Positions 38,560-51,310 of a stretch of 64,000 nucleotides of DNA are shown piece after piece. Position 1 is the stretch's first letter. Every line of letters starts with the position of its first letter. Position numbers and translations under genes: made by a program. This stretch comes from Octopus bimaculoides. Its lineage: Eukaryota. The notes under the pieces are model-generated. The model had not been told where the DNA came from. It saw only the letters and a program-made list of their open reading frames with translations, and did no database searches. Location: NCBI RefSeq assembly GCF_001194135.2, contig NC_068995.1, positions 38,848,705 to 38,912,704 on the forward strand, given 5' to 3'.

Positions 38560-40369
38560 CACACACATACATACATACACATGCACACTCATGTGATTGT
38601 ATGGAACAATATCAAGGAAATACTGCTTCAGCACAATTATACCTTATGCAACAGTAATGAAATGCATGGTGAAGGGGAAAATACATCAACAGAGAAAACA
38701 AAGCAATATAATTAGAAGTTAACTACACATAATGCCAAAACCCAAGAATACTTACACGTCATAAATGTCTCTTAGTCAACATAAAAAGGAATCTAAAGCA
38801 TATATCTTGAAGTTATGTTGTATTGTACAGTACACGCAATACACAACGAAGTCATTGTGTATCATCTCGGTTGATATAACATTAGAATACCCGATCTCCT
38901 CGGGAATCCGCTTCGATGTTATGGCCAGTTTGGAGACGTGGCGTACTCACATCTTTGTTGTGAAAGGATAATCAAACAGAAAGGAGGAGTAATTGCTTTT
39001 GAATTTGTATCGTTTTTTTTTTTAATTTCAATATGTTGGAAGATACGCAATTATTACTATTCTAACAATTTTCATATATGATCAGCACATTTCGCATTAT
39101 TCTACAATAAAAAAATGTGTTCTGTATATGCTTCGTACATATTTAGACCGTAAACTTCACTCCTTTCGTTTGGCACTCACTGGATTCATTTACAGTTATA
39201 GTATTTAAGATATTTGTCGTGCATAGTCAGAGTATTACCAGATCAGTGTGTGCGATATTCCTGTTGATGATTTGAGGAAGAGTAATATAATGGAAAATAA
39301 AAATTTAGCGACAAGTCTTTTTCTATACGTTTACTCTTGTTCTTGATTATGATTTTGTAGCCGACTGCATATTAGGGATTTAGGTGAGGTATCAATGCTC
39401 TAATCTTTTCTTAAATGTCATGTATATTGCGAATTAGATATCTTTTAATTTCATTATCCATAATAACCGTTATGCAATTTTATTGTGCATACTTCAGAAC
39501 ATGTGTATTTCGTAATACATAATCTAACACGTTTTCGTTTGGACAAGAGCTTTGAAATTGTCAAGACTTCTTGAAGTAAAAATCATATAGGAAAGCATAT
39601 ATGTTAGTCGAAAGAACAGGAATAAAATAAGAAGACAAGTTTATCTATCTAGAAGCACATTCAGTTATTCTTGAAATATATCTAGGGCATGAAAAGTCAC
39701 TGTTTCTCTCAGGTGTCAAAATCTCGTGCATTTTCTCCACGTAGTGCTAAGAATTTGACAGCAGTTACTGTTAAAAGACATACCATTTTACTTGTTTAAG
39801 AGATTGGTCCGTTATAGGAATGAAGTAAATCTTTTGAAGCTCTCATCATATATGTTTACGAATCAGGCAATCATGCTGAAGTGCAATTTACGTTGAAGAT
39901 GACAATTTTTTTTGTAAATAAAGGACCAGTTGATCTTGAAAGAAATACTATCTGGTGACCACTTTCCAGGCCAACAGTGACAACAACACAACAGCACAAA
40001 GTCCGAGTTTGTAAGAATGCGATCAAAATAAGCATTCCTTGCCATAAAGAAACCAGATAACATATTTTGTGGATATTCTTTATAAAAGCATTTACGTTTT
40101 ATGTGGAATTTAAGTGAACTCCGCAGGATGTGAAATGGGGAGAGAATCAGTATTCTATAATATTTGTGCATTATTTTTTTAATATAAATTTCGAAGTATC
40201 AAGATACTAGTCACTAAGTCGTCATGAGATCAGAATAAGAAGTGACTACATTATATATTGACACATATTGTGTAGCTTATGTTTAATGCTTTTACTAATT
40301 TATCGGTAGTTTAGAAAGTTACAGTATATCGTTATGCAGAAATATGCAGTTACACGTTATCGTACGCTT

Positions 40370-40407
<38 letters not shown>

Positions 40408-40576
40408 NNNNNNNNNNNNNNNNNNNNNNNNNNNNNNNNNNNNNNNNNNNNNNNNNNNNNNNNNNNNNNNNNNNNNNNNNNNNNNNNNNNNNNNNNNNNN
40501 NNNNNNNNNNNNNNNNNNNNNNNNNNNNNNNNNNNNNNNNNNNNNNNNNNNNNNNNNNNNNNNNNNNNNNNNNNNN

Positions 40577-40616
<40 letters not shown>

Positions 40617-41197
40617 ATATAAAACATTTCCTCTATTCCTATACCTCTCTTTCTTTAAAGAAATTGCCATCGATAAGTATTGTCATTAAATGATATGAAG
40701 TATTTAAGTATATATATATATATTAATGAACTGACCAGACTATTGGCCATTAAAAAACGATTTAAGAATGAAACTAATTAACTGGTCGTTGAAGAATAAG
40801 ATTTATGATTTCGACTTTTTCTTAGTGAAGATAATAATCCTCTTATGAACGAACATGGAAATCAGGAAGAAATTCAGTGCATTTTATTAAATTCTGCTGA
40901 AATAGATGTTGAGATACTCAACTCATTAATTTTCTATTCTGTAAAATGAGATATTGAAAAAATATATACTATTGTCTGCCACTCCGTAAAACTTCCCCCA
41001 CCACTAATACAAAAATTAATACTATTACTATTATGGCTACTATATAACTAAGAGGCAAAGGATATTCATTTGAGGAGGCGGATTCTAGTGCAGCCATGAC
41101 AATATATTGTTTCTATGAGGGGGGGATGGTATTGAGTAAGAGCGTCTTTCAGTTAGAATCTCGATATGCAGCTAATAAATAATACTCGTAATTATGA

Positions 41198-41238
<41 letters not shown>

Positions 41239-41299
41239 GTGCTACTATTGGTGCTACTGCTGCTACTACTACTACTGCTGTTGCTGCTATTGCTGATGT

Positions 41300-41338
<39 letters not shown>

Positions 41339-41339
41339 G

Positions 41340-41402
<63 letters not shown>

Positions 41403-41420
41403 GCCACAACGACGACGTCG
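41198..41420. repeat. Interrupted (TAC)n/(TGC)n microsatellite
   Basis: Directly visible; source of the poly-T/L/S/V ORFs. Confidence 0.98.
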
Positions 41421-42764
41421 ATGACTATGAGAATGAGAGTAATTATCGTGTTGACGAGTAAGATATTCGTTGTGCTTATGATGTTTACCTTCTTCGCTGG
41501 GTACAAGATATTTATAATTGCACAATAATTGAAAATGCAAATCAATGATGAACAATTCAACAAGGATATGACTTGGTACTGAATTTTACATATAATATGC
41601 AGTGCATCTAATTCATCAACAATAAATTATTTCCTATTTACAGCAATATTAACTAACAAATGTATGTATGTGGGTGCGTATGTGTGGGTGCAGTTGTACA
41701 GACAGCCAGATAGATAAATAATAGAGAGAGGCAGAGACAGTAAATGCAGGATGGATACAGTTACTGTTTTTGCCAATAGGTTTGTGTAGCAACTCCTTTA
41801 TGAGTTCAAACGTTTACCGAGAAATTCTTGTTCTTCTTTCTGTCATTTTATCTTGATTCTGTTTCCACCATGATTACGCTTAATTGCGTGTGAGTCTATA
41901 TGTGTGTGTGTATAAATCTGGTTCATCACATTCCTCTTTCCCTTTCCGAAGTGTTTATCGGGACTATTTTCCGAATCGTGATGTGTGAAGTTCAACATTT
42001 ACCAGGAATCCTTCCCACATTTTCATAACAGCTTATTCATTTGCGATAGTACGGTAACTATCAGTGATTAGCGATTATGAATGATAGTTATACTCAATCT
42101 CTTTACAGTTTAATCATGAAATTATGACTCAATTATTCAAAAGTTTCTGATCAATGACCTTATTTTCAAGGTAATTTAGCTTTTATCTTTTACTGCGAAT
42201 ATTCTGTGTCACTGACTTGAAATATTTTAGTCGAAAAATCAATCCCTCTTGTTATGTTTCATTAAATCCTGGCACTTATTCTATAGACAATTTTAGGAAT
42301 GTCTAAGGTATATAGAGGTAAAAAAAACCGGGGGTGTTTTAAAAACGTTGTAGGAGACAAGACAAATGATAAACGTACAATGATAAACGTAGAGAGATGC
42401 GCACACACACACACACACACACATACACTCATATATATATNNNNNNNNNNNNNNNNNNNNNNNNNNNNNNNNNNNNNNNNNNNNNNNNNNNNNNNNNNNN
42501 NNNNNNNNNNNNNNNNNNNNNNNNNNNNNNNNNNNNNNNNNNNNNNNNNNNNNNNNNNNNNNNNNNNNNNNNNNNNNNNNNNNNNNNNNNNNNNNNNNNN
42601 NNNNNNNNNNNNNNNNNNNNNNNNNNNNNNNNNNNNNNNNNNNNNNNNNNNNNNNNNNNNNNNNNNNNNNNNNNNNNNNNNNNNNNNNNNNNNNNNNNNN
42701 NNNNNNNNNNNNNNNNNNNNNNNNNNNNNNNNNNNNNNNNNNNNNNNNNNNNNNNNNNNNNNNN

Positions 42765-42804
<40 letters not shown>

Positions 42805-43799
42805 GTATATATACACACATATGTTTACATACGCCGTACTTCCACGCAATTTTCCATTACCGAATTCCTTCATATGGTAATGCTCTTGCCCAGTCTGCTC
42901 GTAGTGGAATGAACATTAAACCAAATGGTTTCAGACTAGTTTTCTAACCACACAGCCATGCCGGTACTAATAAATAATTACTCAGTTTATTATTATGAAA
43001 TAATGCCAGCCAGTATGGGATTTTAGTATACTTCTTGAGATCTCCCAATGAAAAATGTTTAATATTCCTTCCAAAGAATATGGAAATATGCGAAAATTAG
43101 TTTATATTCAGTGGATATATTACACTGAATCGTTCCTGGGTGGCAGTTGCAGAAGGTCACTATATCTTTTGGATTTTTATCACCAGAGCCCATCATCCTT
43201 AAAATCATTTTCTCTATTCCAGAAATCTTTCGAAGATAAATGTCATTTCTTGGGATAATTTACATGTGATTGTTATTGATATTGTGTTCATATCATGTGG
43301 TATGCTGATTCGTTTCGACTGAATATCAATCTGATTATTTTCCTTTCAGCTGCACAGTCCAGATACCAGAGATGTGAAGGCCAATTTCTCGCTCTGTCTT
43401 GACAGTAACCGCTTTATTCCCTTTGTTATATCTGCAAAATGTTTTTTTTTAATATATTCCATATATCAAATGTGGCTGGTTATTTTCCCGTTACCATATA
43501 AGGATATTAAACTAAGTGGTCTTGTTCCATGATTCACAATTCCTTTTATTACTTTTCCAAATCCCCATTGGTACATTTTATTGCCCTGTCTTTCCCTCCC
43601 TTTTAATACCTTCTAGTTAAGCCTTAATATACTGAGATCGTATGGACTAAGCTCTAAACTAATACAATATAAAGAAATAACTCTAAGGTAATATATCGTT
43701 AAATCCTATAAGCACCAATTCGGGAAGTCTCTTATCAATACCAATCAGCCATTATAAAATATTATCTGATGGTATAGCTAATTTTAATATGAAATATTT

Positions 43800-44705
43800 T
43801 GTCCAGTTGAGTTTGATGATAAGCTCCTTGAGGCATTACTTGAAGAATATCCTGCATTATCTATTGGAAAATTGGCAATAAAGCTGAGTTAAAACCATAC
43901 AACTGCTCATCGTCATCTTGAACAACTTGGAAAGGTTCCTAAACTTGGAGAAAGGGTGCCTCATGAATTGTCCGAAATTAACCGCAAATCCCGAGTTTAC
44001 ATCTGCTATTCTCTCCATTCTCATGAACTCATTTCACCCTTTTTGGTTAGACTTGTGACTGGTGACAAAAAATGGATCTTCTATCGAAATGTTAAACGTC
44101 GTAAACTGTGGCTTGGTAAAAGGAAAAAAAGCTCAACCACAAGCGAGACGGGAACTTCATGGGAAAAAGCTTCTCTCTATCTGGTGGGATTGCAAATGAG
44201 TAATTCATTTTGAATTGTTACCACATAATGCAACAATCAATGCCCAAGTCTATTGTCAGCAATTAGAGCGGAGCGTTTGAACCAAGCTTTGAAGAAAGAA
44301 AGACCCGCTTTAATGAATCGAAAATGAGTGATGTTTCATGAGGGCAATGCGTGACTCCACATTGCAAAGATCACATCACAGAAGATCGAAGAGCTCGGTT
44401 GAAAATAAATTCTTCATCCACCTTATTCTTACGACGTTGCTCCCTCAGACTACCATTTGTTTCGTAGTTTACAGAATCATCACTTTCGCAAGCCAGGAGA
44501 AGGTCGAAACTGACATTTCAGAGTTCTTCGCTTTGAAACCAAAAGAGTTTTTCATTGATGGGATTAAAAAGCTTGTAAATAGATCGAAAGAAGTCATAGA
44601 CGATCAAGGAAAGTACATTGATGATTAAATTTCAATTAAATATAACATTTGATCACTTGTTTTCTTTATTCAAAATTCGGACAGAACTTATGGGATGACC
44701 TGATA
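43800..44705 (+). mobile_element. Mariner transposon remnant, 5' end missing, 3' TIR intact
   Basis: PVEFDD...ERVPHELS...LVTGDKKWIFY, HPPYSYDVAPSDYHLFRSLQN; TIR CGGACAGAACTTATGGGATGACCTGA followed by TA at 44704-44705. Confidence 0.95.
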
Positions 44706-45659
44706 TTTTCATGTGTTTATCTGTGCGTACACGTGTGTGCAGGTATGTGTGTGTGGATGCCTGTGTATGTGTGTGTGTGTCTGTGATAGAAGGAAAAGGA
44801 ACAGTATATTTCAATAGTGCAACCAAGCAAGTCTTATACATAAAATGGATATTCTAGGTGTTGGTGGTGGATATTATATGCACTGTAATATGATGCACTG
44901 TAATATAAAGGCCTCTGGTAGCCATTAACATAGACTGATACTACTCTCTTCAGGATATGTTTAGCAATCATACTCTCAAGGATACGGTATTAACTGTTTA
45001 CACTGCCATTTTAAATCTGTAATACTTACCGATTTACACTAACCACAGTTAATTATGTTCTTACCCCAGGATTTGCGCCAGAACAGATCAAAAACTTCCT
45101 GAAAAATCAGCTTCTCCGATTTTTATTTACTCTCATATCTAGGTACACTACTATTTAGTATTTATTAAATTTCTGATAATTGTCTTTTCATCTAAGAGCA
45201 CTGATGTTTTTCACTGAAAGCTTTTAAATTGTTGGTTGATTAATTTCTATTCTCTTGTTTCATTACCCACTCACCTTAGCATAATGCTTAATTTATTTGC
45301 CAAATTCTGTTACAGGGAATAGAAATAATTTTGTTTGCATGCAACAAGCAATACCTGAGTGTTCCACCAGAACAATAATGATATTTCTTTGTGTTTTGAT
45401 TTCTTTAATACTTGCGTAACTTAAATATACTACTTAGAAGTTATTGGGTGTGTATATAACCCACAGTTAATGCACCAGAATGAAAGATAATTACTCTTAT
45501 GTAAGGCGATATTAGTGTTTACTTCACATTAGCATTTAATGTAAGCTATTCAATTATTGGCAACTTCTAGCGGAGTTTAGGAATGAAATCATGTGCGTGA
45601 ACGTTTCATTAAGAAAACACTCCAATGTATGTATTGAGGCATATTAGAAAAAGTACGTT

Positions 45660-45955
45660 TCTAAGTGATGTCTAAGTGGTCGTATGGTTGTGAGTTCGTT
45701 TCCGTCGGTGCCTTGTGTTTTTCAGCAATAGCTCTCTATTTCACAGTTTCCCAGTCCACTCAGCAGCCAAAAACGGGTTGCAAGACAAAGGACCAGCCTT
45801 GCCACATTCTTTCACGCTGAATGCTAATGAGAACTATATTAAGAATATGCATGTCTGTGGAGTCCTCAGCCACTTGCAAGCTAATTTCACGAACATGCTG
45901 TTCCGATGATCGAATCAACTGGAAGAATTTTCGTCGTAACTGATGGACTGCCCGA
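45660..45955 (+). mobile_element. Degenerate tRNA SINE sharing its tail with 33600-33981
   Basis: GTGAGTTCGTTTCC B-box-like; CCAGCCTTGCCACA, CTCAGCCACTTGCA, ATCAACTGGAA, TCGTCGTAACTGATGG. Confidence 0.7.
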
Positions 45956-46231
45956 GGATTTAGGCATTGAATTATGAATGAAACGATGAAACTGTGTACA
46001 CAAAAATATGTTGTTTACTTTTCTTCAAAAACCAATTTATATACTGTATAAAAGGCAAGATAAAACTGGGTGTTAGTCTTAGAAAGGATAACCTAAATGT
46101 CGCAAAGCTAAAGTCTGAAATGCGTTGTATAATAATTGGATGATTACTGAAATGAAACGAAAAGGAGAAAATTATAATTAAGCGGATACTTTCAAACCTA
46201 ATTCATCGTCAGTTGTAAAGTGTATTTGATA

Positions 46232-46450
46232 TCTTTGTCTATACATTTCAGTCATTATACTGCAGTCGTACGGGACCACATTCTTGAAGAATTTTAGTCG
46301 AAAATATCGTTACCAGTACGTACTGATTTTAAGCCTTCTACATATTCTGTAGGTCCTTTCTCGAACAGCAAATTTATTGGAAAGTAAAAACCTCAAAACT
46401 ATTTCACAAACGGCGTTTGAGTAGAGACACAAAGATATTCACACACACAC
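46232..46450 (-). mobile_element. Degenerate 3' half of the (GT)n-containing SINE
   Basis: TTTCAGTCATT..ACTGCAGTC, TTTAGTCGA..ATATCG, then (AC)n; reverse complement of the 29105-29300 pattern. Confidence 0.55.
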
Positions 46451-46829
46451 ACATATATATGTATGTATATGGATACACGTGTAAGTAAATATATATATGC
46501 GTTTGTGTGTGTATATATATATATATATATTCAGCGTGGTGGTATCTCTTGATACCCTGTATTATAATTTTAAATAATTATTACCTTTGATGGTTTTTAT
46601 TCCCATGCTGACCACTTGATAAGATCAATATTTTAAATATCGATCTTATCCTTATTTATATAAATATAATTTTATCAGTGTATTTACTGCGCTGATATTC
46701 TGTCCGGATCGCACGAAAGGTTGTTTAGGCGGGCTATTTAAGCTAGTCGTGTGCATACGTGCATATATATGTATATATGCGTCCGTATATGTAAGTATAC
46801 TGTTTATATACATGTATTTGTATTTATGT

Positions 46830-46881
46830 ACTGGAGTATATTCCACTGATGAAGGCAGAGCATTATTATTTATGCAAACCC
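46830..46881 (+). ncRNA. 5' half of a possible hammerhead ribozyme, truncated by an assembly gap
   Basis: CTGATGA (46846-46852) + AGG..GCAT-loop-ATGC..CCC closing exactly at the gap edge, where GAAA would follow. Confidence 0.35.
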
Positions 46882-47519
46882 NNNNNNNNNNNNNNNNNNN
46901 NNNNNNNNNNNNNNNNNNNNNNNNNNNNNNNNNNNNNNNNNNNNNNNNNNNNNNNNNNNNNNNNNNNNNNNNNNNNNNNNNNNNNNNNNNNNNNNNNNNN
47001 NNNNNNNNNNNNNNNNNNNNNNNNNNNNNNNNNNNNNNNNNNNNNNNNNNNNNNNNNNNNNNNNNNNNNNNNNNNNNNNNNNNNNNNNNNNNNNNNNNNN
47101 NNNNNNNNNNNNNNNNNNNNNNNNNNNNNNNNNNNNNNNNNNNNNNNNNNNNNNNNNNNNNNNNNNNNNNNNNNNNNNNNNNNNNNNNNNNNNNNNNNNN
47201 NNNNNNNNNNNNNNNNNNNNNNNNNNNNNNNNNNNNNNNNNNNNNNNNNNNNNNNNNNNNNNNNNNNNNNNNNNNNNNNNNNNNNNNNNNNNNNNNNNNN
47301 NNNNNNNNNNNNNNNNNNNNNNNNNNNNNNNNNNNNNNNNNNNNNNNNNNNNNNNNNNNNNNNNNNNNNNNNNNNNNNNNNNNNNNNNNNNNNNNNNNNN
47401 NNNNNNNNNNNNNNNNNNNNNNNNNNNNNNNNNNNNNNNNNNNNNNNNNNNNNNNNNNNNNNNNNNNNNNNNNNNNTATATATATATATATATTCCTCGG
47501 ATGAAATTTATATACATTT

Positions 47520-48360
47520 AATGCATTGCTATGCACATTTCCACAAAACATGTCTCTTGAGATCAGTCCGTATTCCTGTGACACTTACATTGCAGCCCGT
47601 TGTATCCGTGGATTGATCGTCTTCATGAATTCATTCCTCCAAGCAATATCGCATTCTTGCATGTACAAAACAGGGATTTTTATCCCGCTTTACAAGTATG
47701 GAGGTAAGGCATTTTATGGGGTATTTCTGTGTGTATTTGGTGGGGTGGAGGTAGATGGCGGAAATAGATAAAGTAATGGTAGTTATATGAGGATGAAGGT
47801 GTGTGTGGTGATGTTCGACTTATCTTGGTATTCTTTCAACAGATGTTAAGGGTGGGTTGTACATTCTTTGGTTTGGTTTCATTTAAGGCATGATTATCTA
47901 CAATAAATTCTGAAGTCAACAGGTAATTTGGTGCTGCTACTATTTGTCACTTGATGTTATCTTGACTGAATTGATAAATGATACTTTCTCATGGTGACCT
48001 GCTCATTGCTTCTGGAGGTATAGTGTATACCATATTGCATATTGGTTGGGTTGTTTATTTGCTTGGGTTCGTTCCGTTCTATACTGTGTTATTTTGTTTC
48101 AAATTATTCTTTTCAGATTCCAGAAATGAAGTTCTATATTTACTTGACATGATCAGCTTAGAGTGCGTATTTATCACGTTTTCTCCTGATGTCATGATTC
48201 TTCTGGACATACGTTGCATACCTGTGATATTCTGTTCAATGGTGCAGCAAGAAAATGGCGATACCATGGAAAACCATCTGCGCAGCCATCTCTGGTCATT
48301 TTCAAATATAAATAAAAAATATTCCACATCTCTATCGAACCTCGTCTGAAATCTCAAACA
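47520..48360 (-). mobile_element. Heavily degraded Penelope-like RT relic
   Basis: C/A-rich minus strand; fragments IVAAPNYLLTSEFIVD, FRHLPPP, IHTEIPH and RSIHGYNG occur in the order of the PLE RT motifs RPIV..., LPP, LYTNIPH and QIHGxAMG. Confidence 0.45.
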
Positions 48361-48411
48361 GAATGGAGTGGAACATACGAATCACTGGTCCATTATAAAA
48401 AAAAAAAAGTG

Positions 48412-48575
48412 GTGGCTTCATTCAGTTTCCGTCAACCAGATTCACACAGCAGCATATGGTCGGCCAGACGCTATAGTAGTAAACATTCGCCCAACGTGCC
48501 CACTCAGTAGAAATGAACCTGGGAAAAGGTGGTTTGAAAGACAATGTCATACCACACAGCTACCCCTACACATAT
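48412..48575 (-). mobile_element. SINE head (tRNA-derived)
   Basis: Minus strand GTAGCTGTGTGGTA...CCAGGTTCATTTCTACTG...TTGGGCGAATG..TACTATAGC...GACGGAAACTGAATGAAGCC. Confidence 0.75.
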
Positions 48576-49054
48576 ATCAATATAAAGAAATTCATTCACT
48601 CTCATTTTTCTGCTTTCAGTTCTATAATAGAAATACTTGTTTATAATACAGGTAGTAAACTGATTACGTTTGTTATGTATATCTTGCGGAAGACATTGAA
48701 ATACTGTTTTTGATCAAATACACCCACATGATTAATATATCTTTTGAATAAGATAAGACATGTCAAATACTGATTTTAATTAGTATTATCATACGTAGCC
48801 CTAAAGAAATTATTTCTTTCAACAAGAAAATTTATAAGAAACAAAGACCAAACAATGTAATAACAAATTAGTAATTACTTGAAATTGTCGACAAGAAACT
48901 ACATCATTCCGGAAAATTCTGTTTATAAAACTATATAAAAAGCAGCAAAGCAAAACAGGACATCGATTCAGGTAGTATTATGCACATACACACATACAGA
49001 CACCGGCACACTCACATGCACACAAATAAACACACAAATAAGCGTGTATGTCTG

Positions 49055-49085
<31 letters not shown>

Positions 49086-49230
49086 ATNNNNNNNNNNNNN
49101 NNNNNNNNNNNNNNNNNNNNNNNNNNNNNNNNNNNNNNNNNNNNNNNNNNNNNNNNNNNNNNNNNNNNNNNNNNNNNNNNNNNNNNNNNNNNNNNNNNNN
49201 NNNNNNNNNNNNNNNNNNNNNNNNNNNNNN

Positions 49231-49267
<37 letters not shown>

Positions 49268-49274
49268 TTCTGAG

Positions 49275-50170
49275 GAGGATACATAGTGTTACCCGAGTAT
49301 GACCTTCAGGAGTATATTTGGTAATATATTAAACTGATTTTACAGACATACATTTCTATACATTACAATGACATCCATATTTCACTAGAAAGAAGGGTTA
49401 ATATGGTACTACTGAACAATTATCTAATGCAACATTAGACATTGCAAATAATATATTTTCCTGAAAGTCTCTAGCGAAATGTTGTTTACATTTCCCATTA
49501 AGCGCAGATGTTGCAGAGGGTTTATCACATCCACATGGACCATGTAGTATGCTTTTAGTGACAGTTTGATACAGAATTGGTTGTGTTTGTGGATTTGGAT
49601 GTTCTGCATAAACAAATTTATCGTAATATTCTAGATATTTTTCTTAATATGAACAACATATGACAATGAGGTAGTCCACACTTTTGAAGCTCTATTGTCC
49701 ACATGTATCCTGCAACCTCTCCCAAAACCTTCTTCAAAATGGCATGCAAGAGTCCCCTAAGTTTCATATTAAATGCATCTGCATTGTGGTCATGTGTCTA
49801 ATGTTTCGTATAAGAATGTGATCGCTTGTGACTGACTTCTCGCTCATGTCACCTTCCTTAATACTATCTCGTTGTCTCATCAATTACACTATTCTTATCT
49901 ATCCGCGGTATGCATGACTAAGTTATATAAGGACATGCATTACACATTGTATACCTCAGTAAGAATTTCGAGTTAGAATCCCAAACGGATTGCGCAACAG
50001 GGCAGTTGATTTCCATAACAGCCACAATCGACTCACAGAAACGTGCATATGTAATATAAAGCTCAATATTCCAATTACCTTTCCATCGTTTATTATTCAT
50101 ATGTAATCCGGTGTGAGCTCCACACACTAAGTTTTCCACAGATATCATTGTTGTCATTAGACCATACATC
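49275..50170 (-). mobile_element. Helitron Rep (HUH endonuclease) remnant
   Basis: FNMKLRGLL...VLGEVAGYMWTIELQKCGLPHCHML (E.QKRGLPHxH motif), YAEHPNP...LYQTVTKSILHGPCG, NGKCKQHF, DNCSVVPY*P, YGCHCNV*KC; verified codon by codon for 49275-49800, weaker upstream. Confidence 0.92.
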
Positions 50171-51221
50171 GAGTCGAAAAATTCTAGTATCGTGTACTTT
50201 CATATATGATGCACTGAACGACTACTTGAGTCATGATTGTTCTTTTCTCAGGTCATTATTTCCCCACATCTGATTTTTCCTTAAGAGAGTATATGCTCGA
50301 AACATAAAAGTCTAATATTCACGGGCGTAAATCTAATATACTCATTTTTTTTACATCGTATCTGTGAATTATTTATTCATATGGTATTCATACGCACATA
50401 CGCGTATGTGGGTGTGTGTATGTTTAGAGAGAATGGGAAAGGGGGATGATATAATCATAACTTTTATCTTACAAGGCAATGCAGTTCCGGTGGTGATGTC
50501 CACATTTGGAAAACTTGACTGGTGTGTAGAGGAAATATACTCTATAGACACTGCCACAAATATAGTGACATTGAAAAAAGAAAACGAACGTTCTCACTGA
50601 AATATAATGAATTCTCTTTACTAAATGCACAAATCGGCTCAAAGAATGCAGATGGAACGTTGCTCTCAAAACATCTGGCATATTCAAACATCAGGTTTGA
50701 GGCAGACGAGAAGGATACGTACCGTCATAGAGGCTAGCTGACCTGCTGATGAGAATATCAACTTGGAATTGTAAAATTAAGAGGATAACTGTACACAACT
50801 GCACCAAAACCACTAGCTGTTATATCCGGGAAATAAATTCACATACCAATAAGTGGTGCTTTTGACTTGGAGTGGAAATACTTAAGTGAAAATTTGGACC
50901 ATGTAAGGTTTCAAAAACGCAGTGAAGCAGCTTTCGCACGTTATAAATACAAGCTCTACGCGAAACCATAAAAAATATACAAGACTTTGTCAGGTTAAAA
51001 TGTAAATTTGCTATTGTTATCAACATTCCAGGTCTGGAGATTTGTATATTTGTTAGAAACTACTTCCCTCCACAGACTATTAAAAGCAGAGGAGTACGTA
51101 CATACATGAATACTATCAGTGGACAGGTACACACATACACACACAAATATATATACATATAAATATTTATATATATATTCATATATATATATACATGTAT
51201 GTATATATATATATATACATG

Positions 51222-51310
<89 letters not shown>

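Noticed and set aside
41166-41563. Poly-T/S/V/L ORFs resembling mucin or signal-rich proteins (also 8757-9038, 30785-31102, 53234-53783)
   Set aside because: They are translations of trinucleotide microsatellites, open in several frames and on both strands.
46150-46220. Minus-strand CTGACGA...GAAA hammerhead candidate
   Set aside because: Stem II is weak and stem I does not pair in register after any plausible cleavage triplet.
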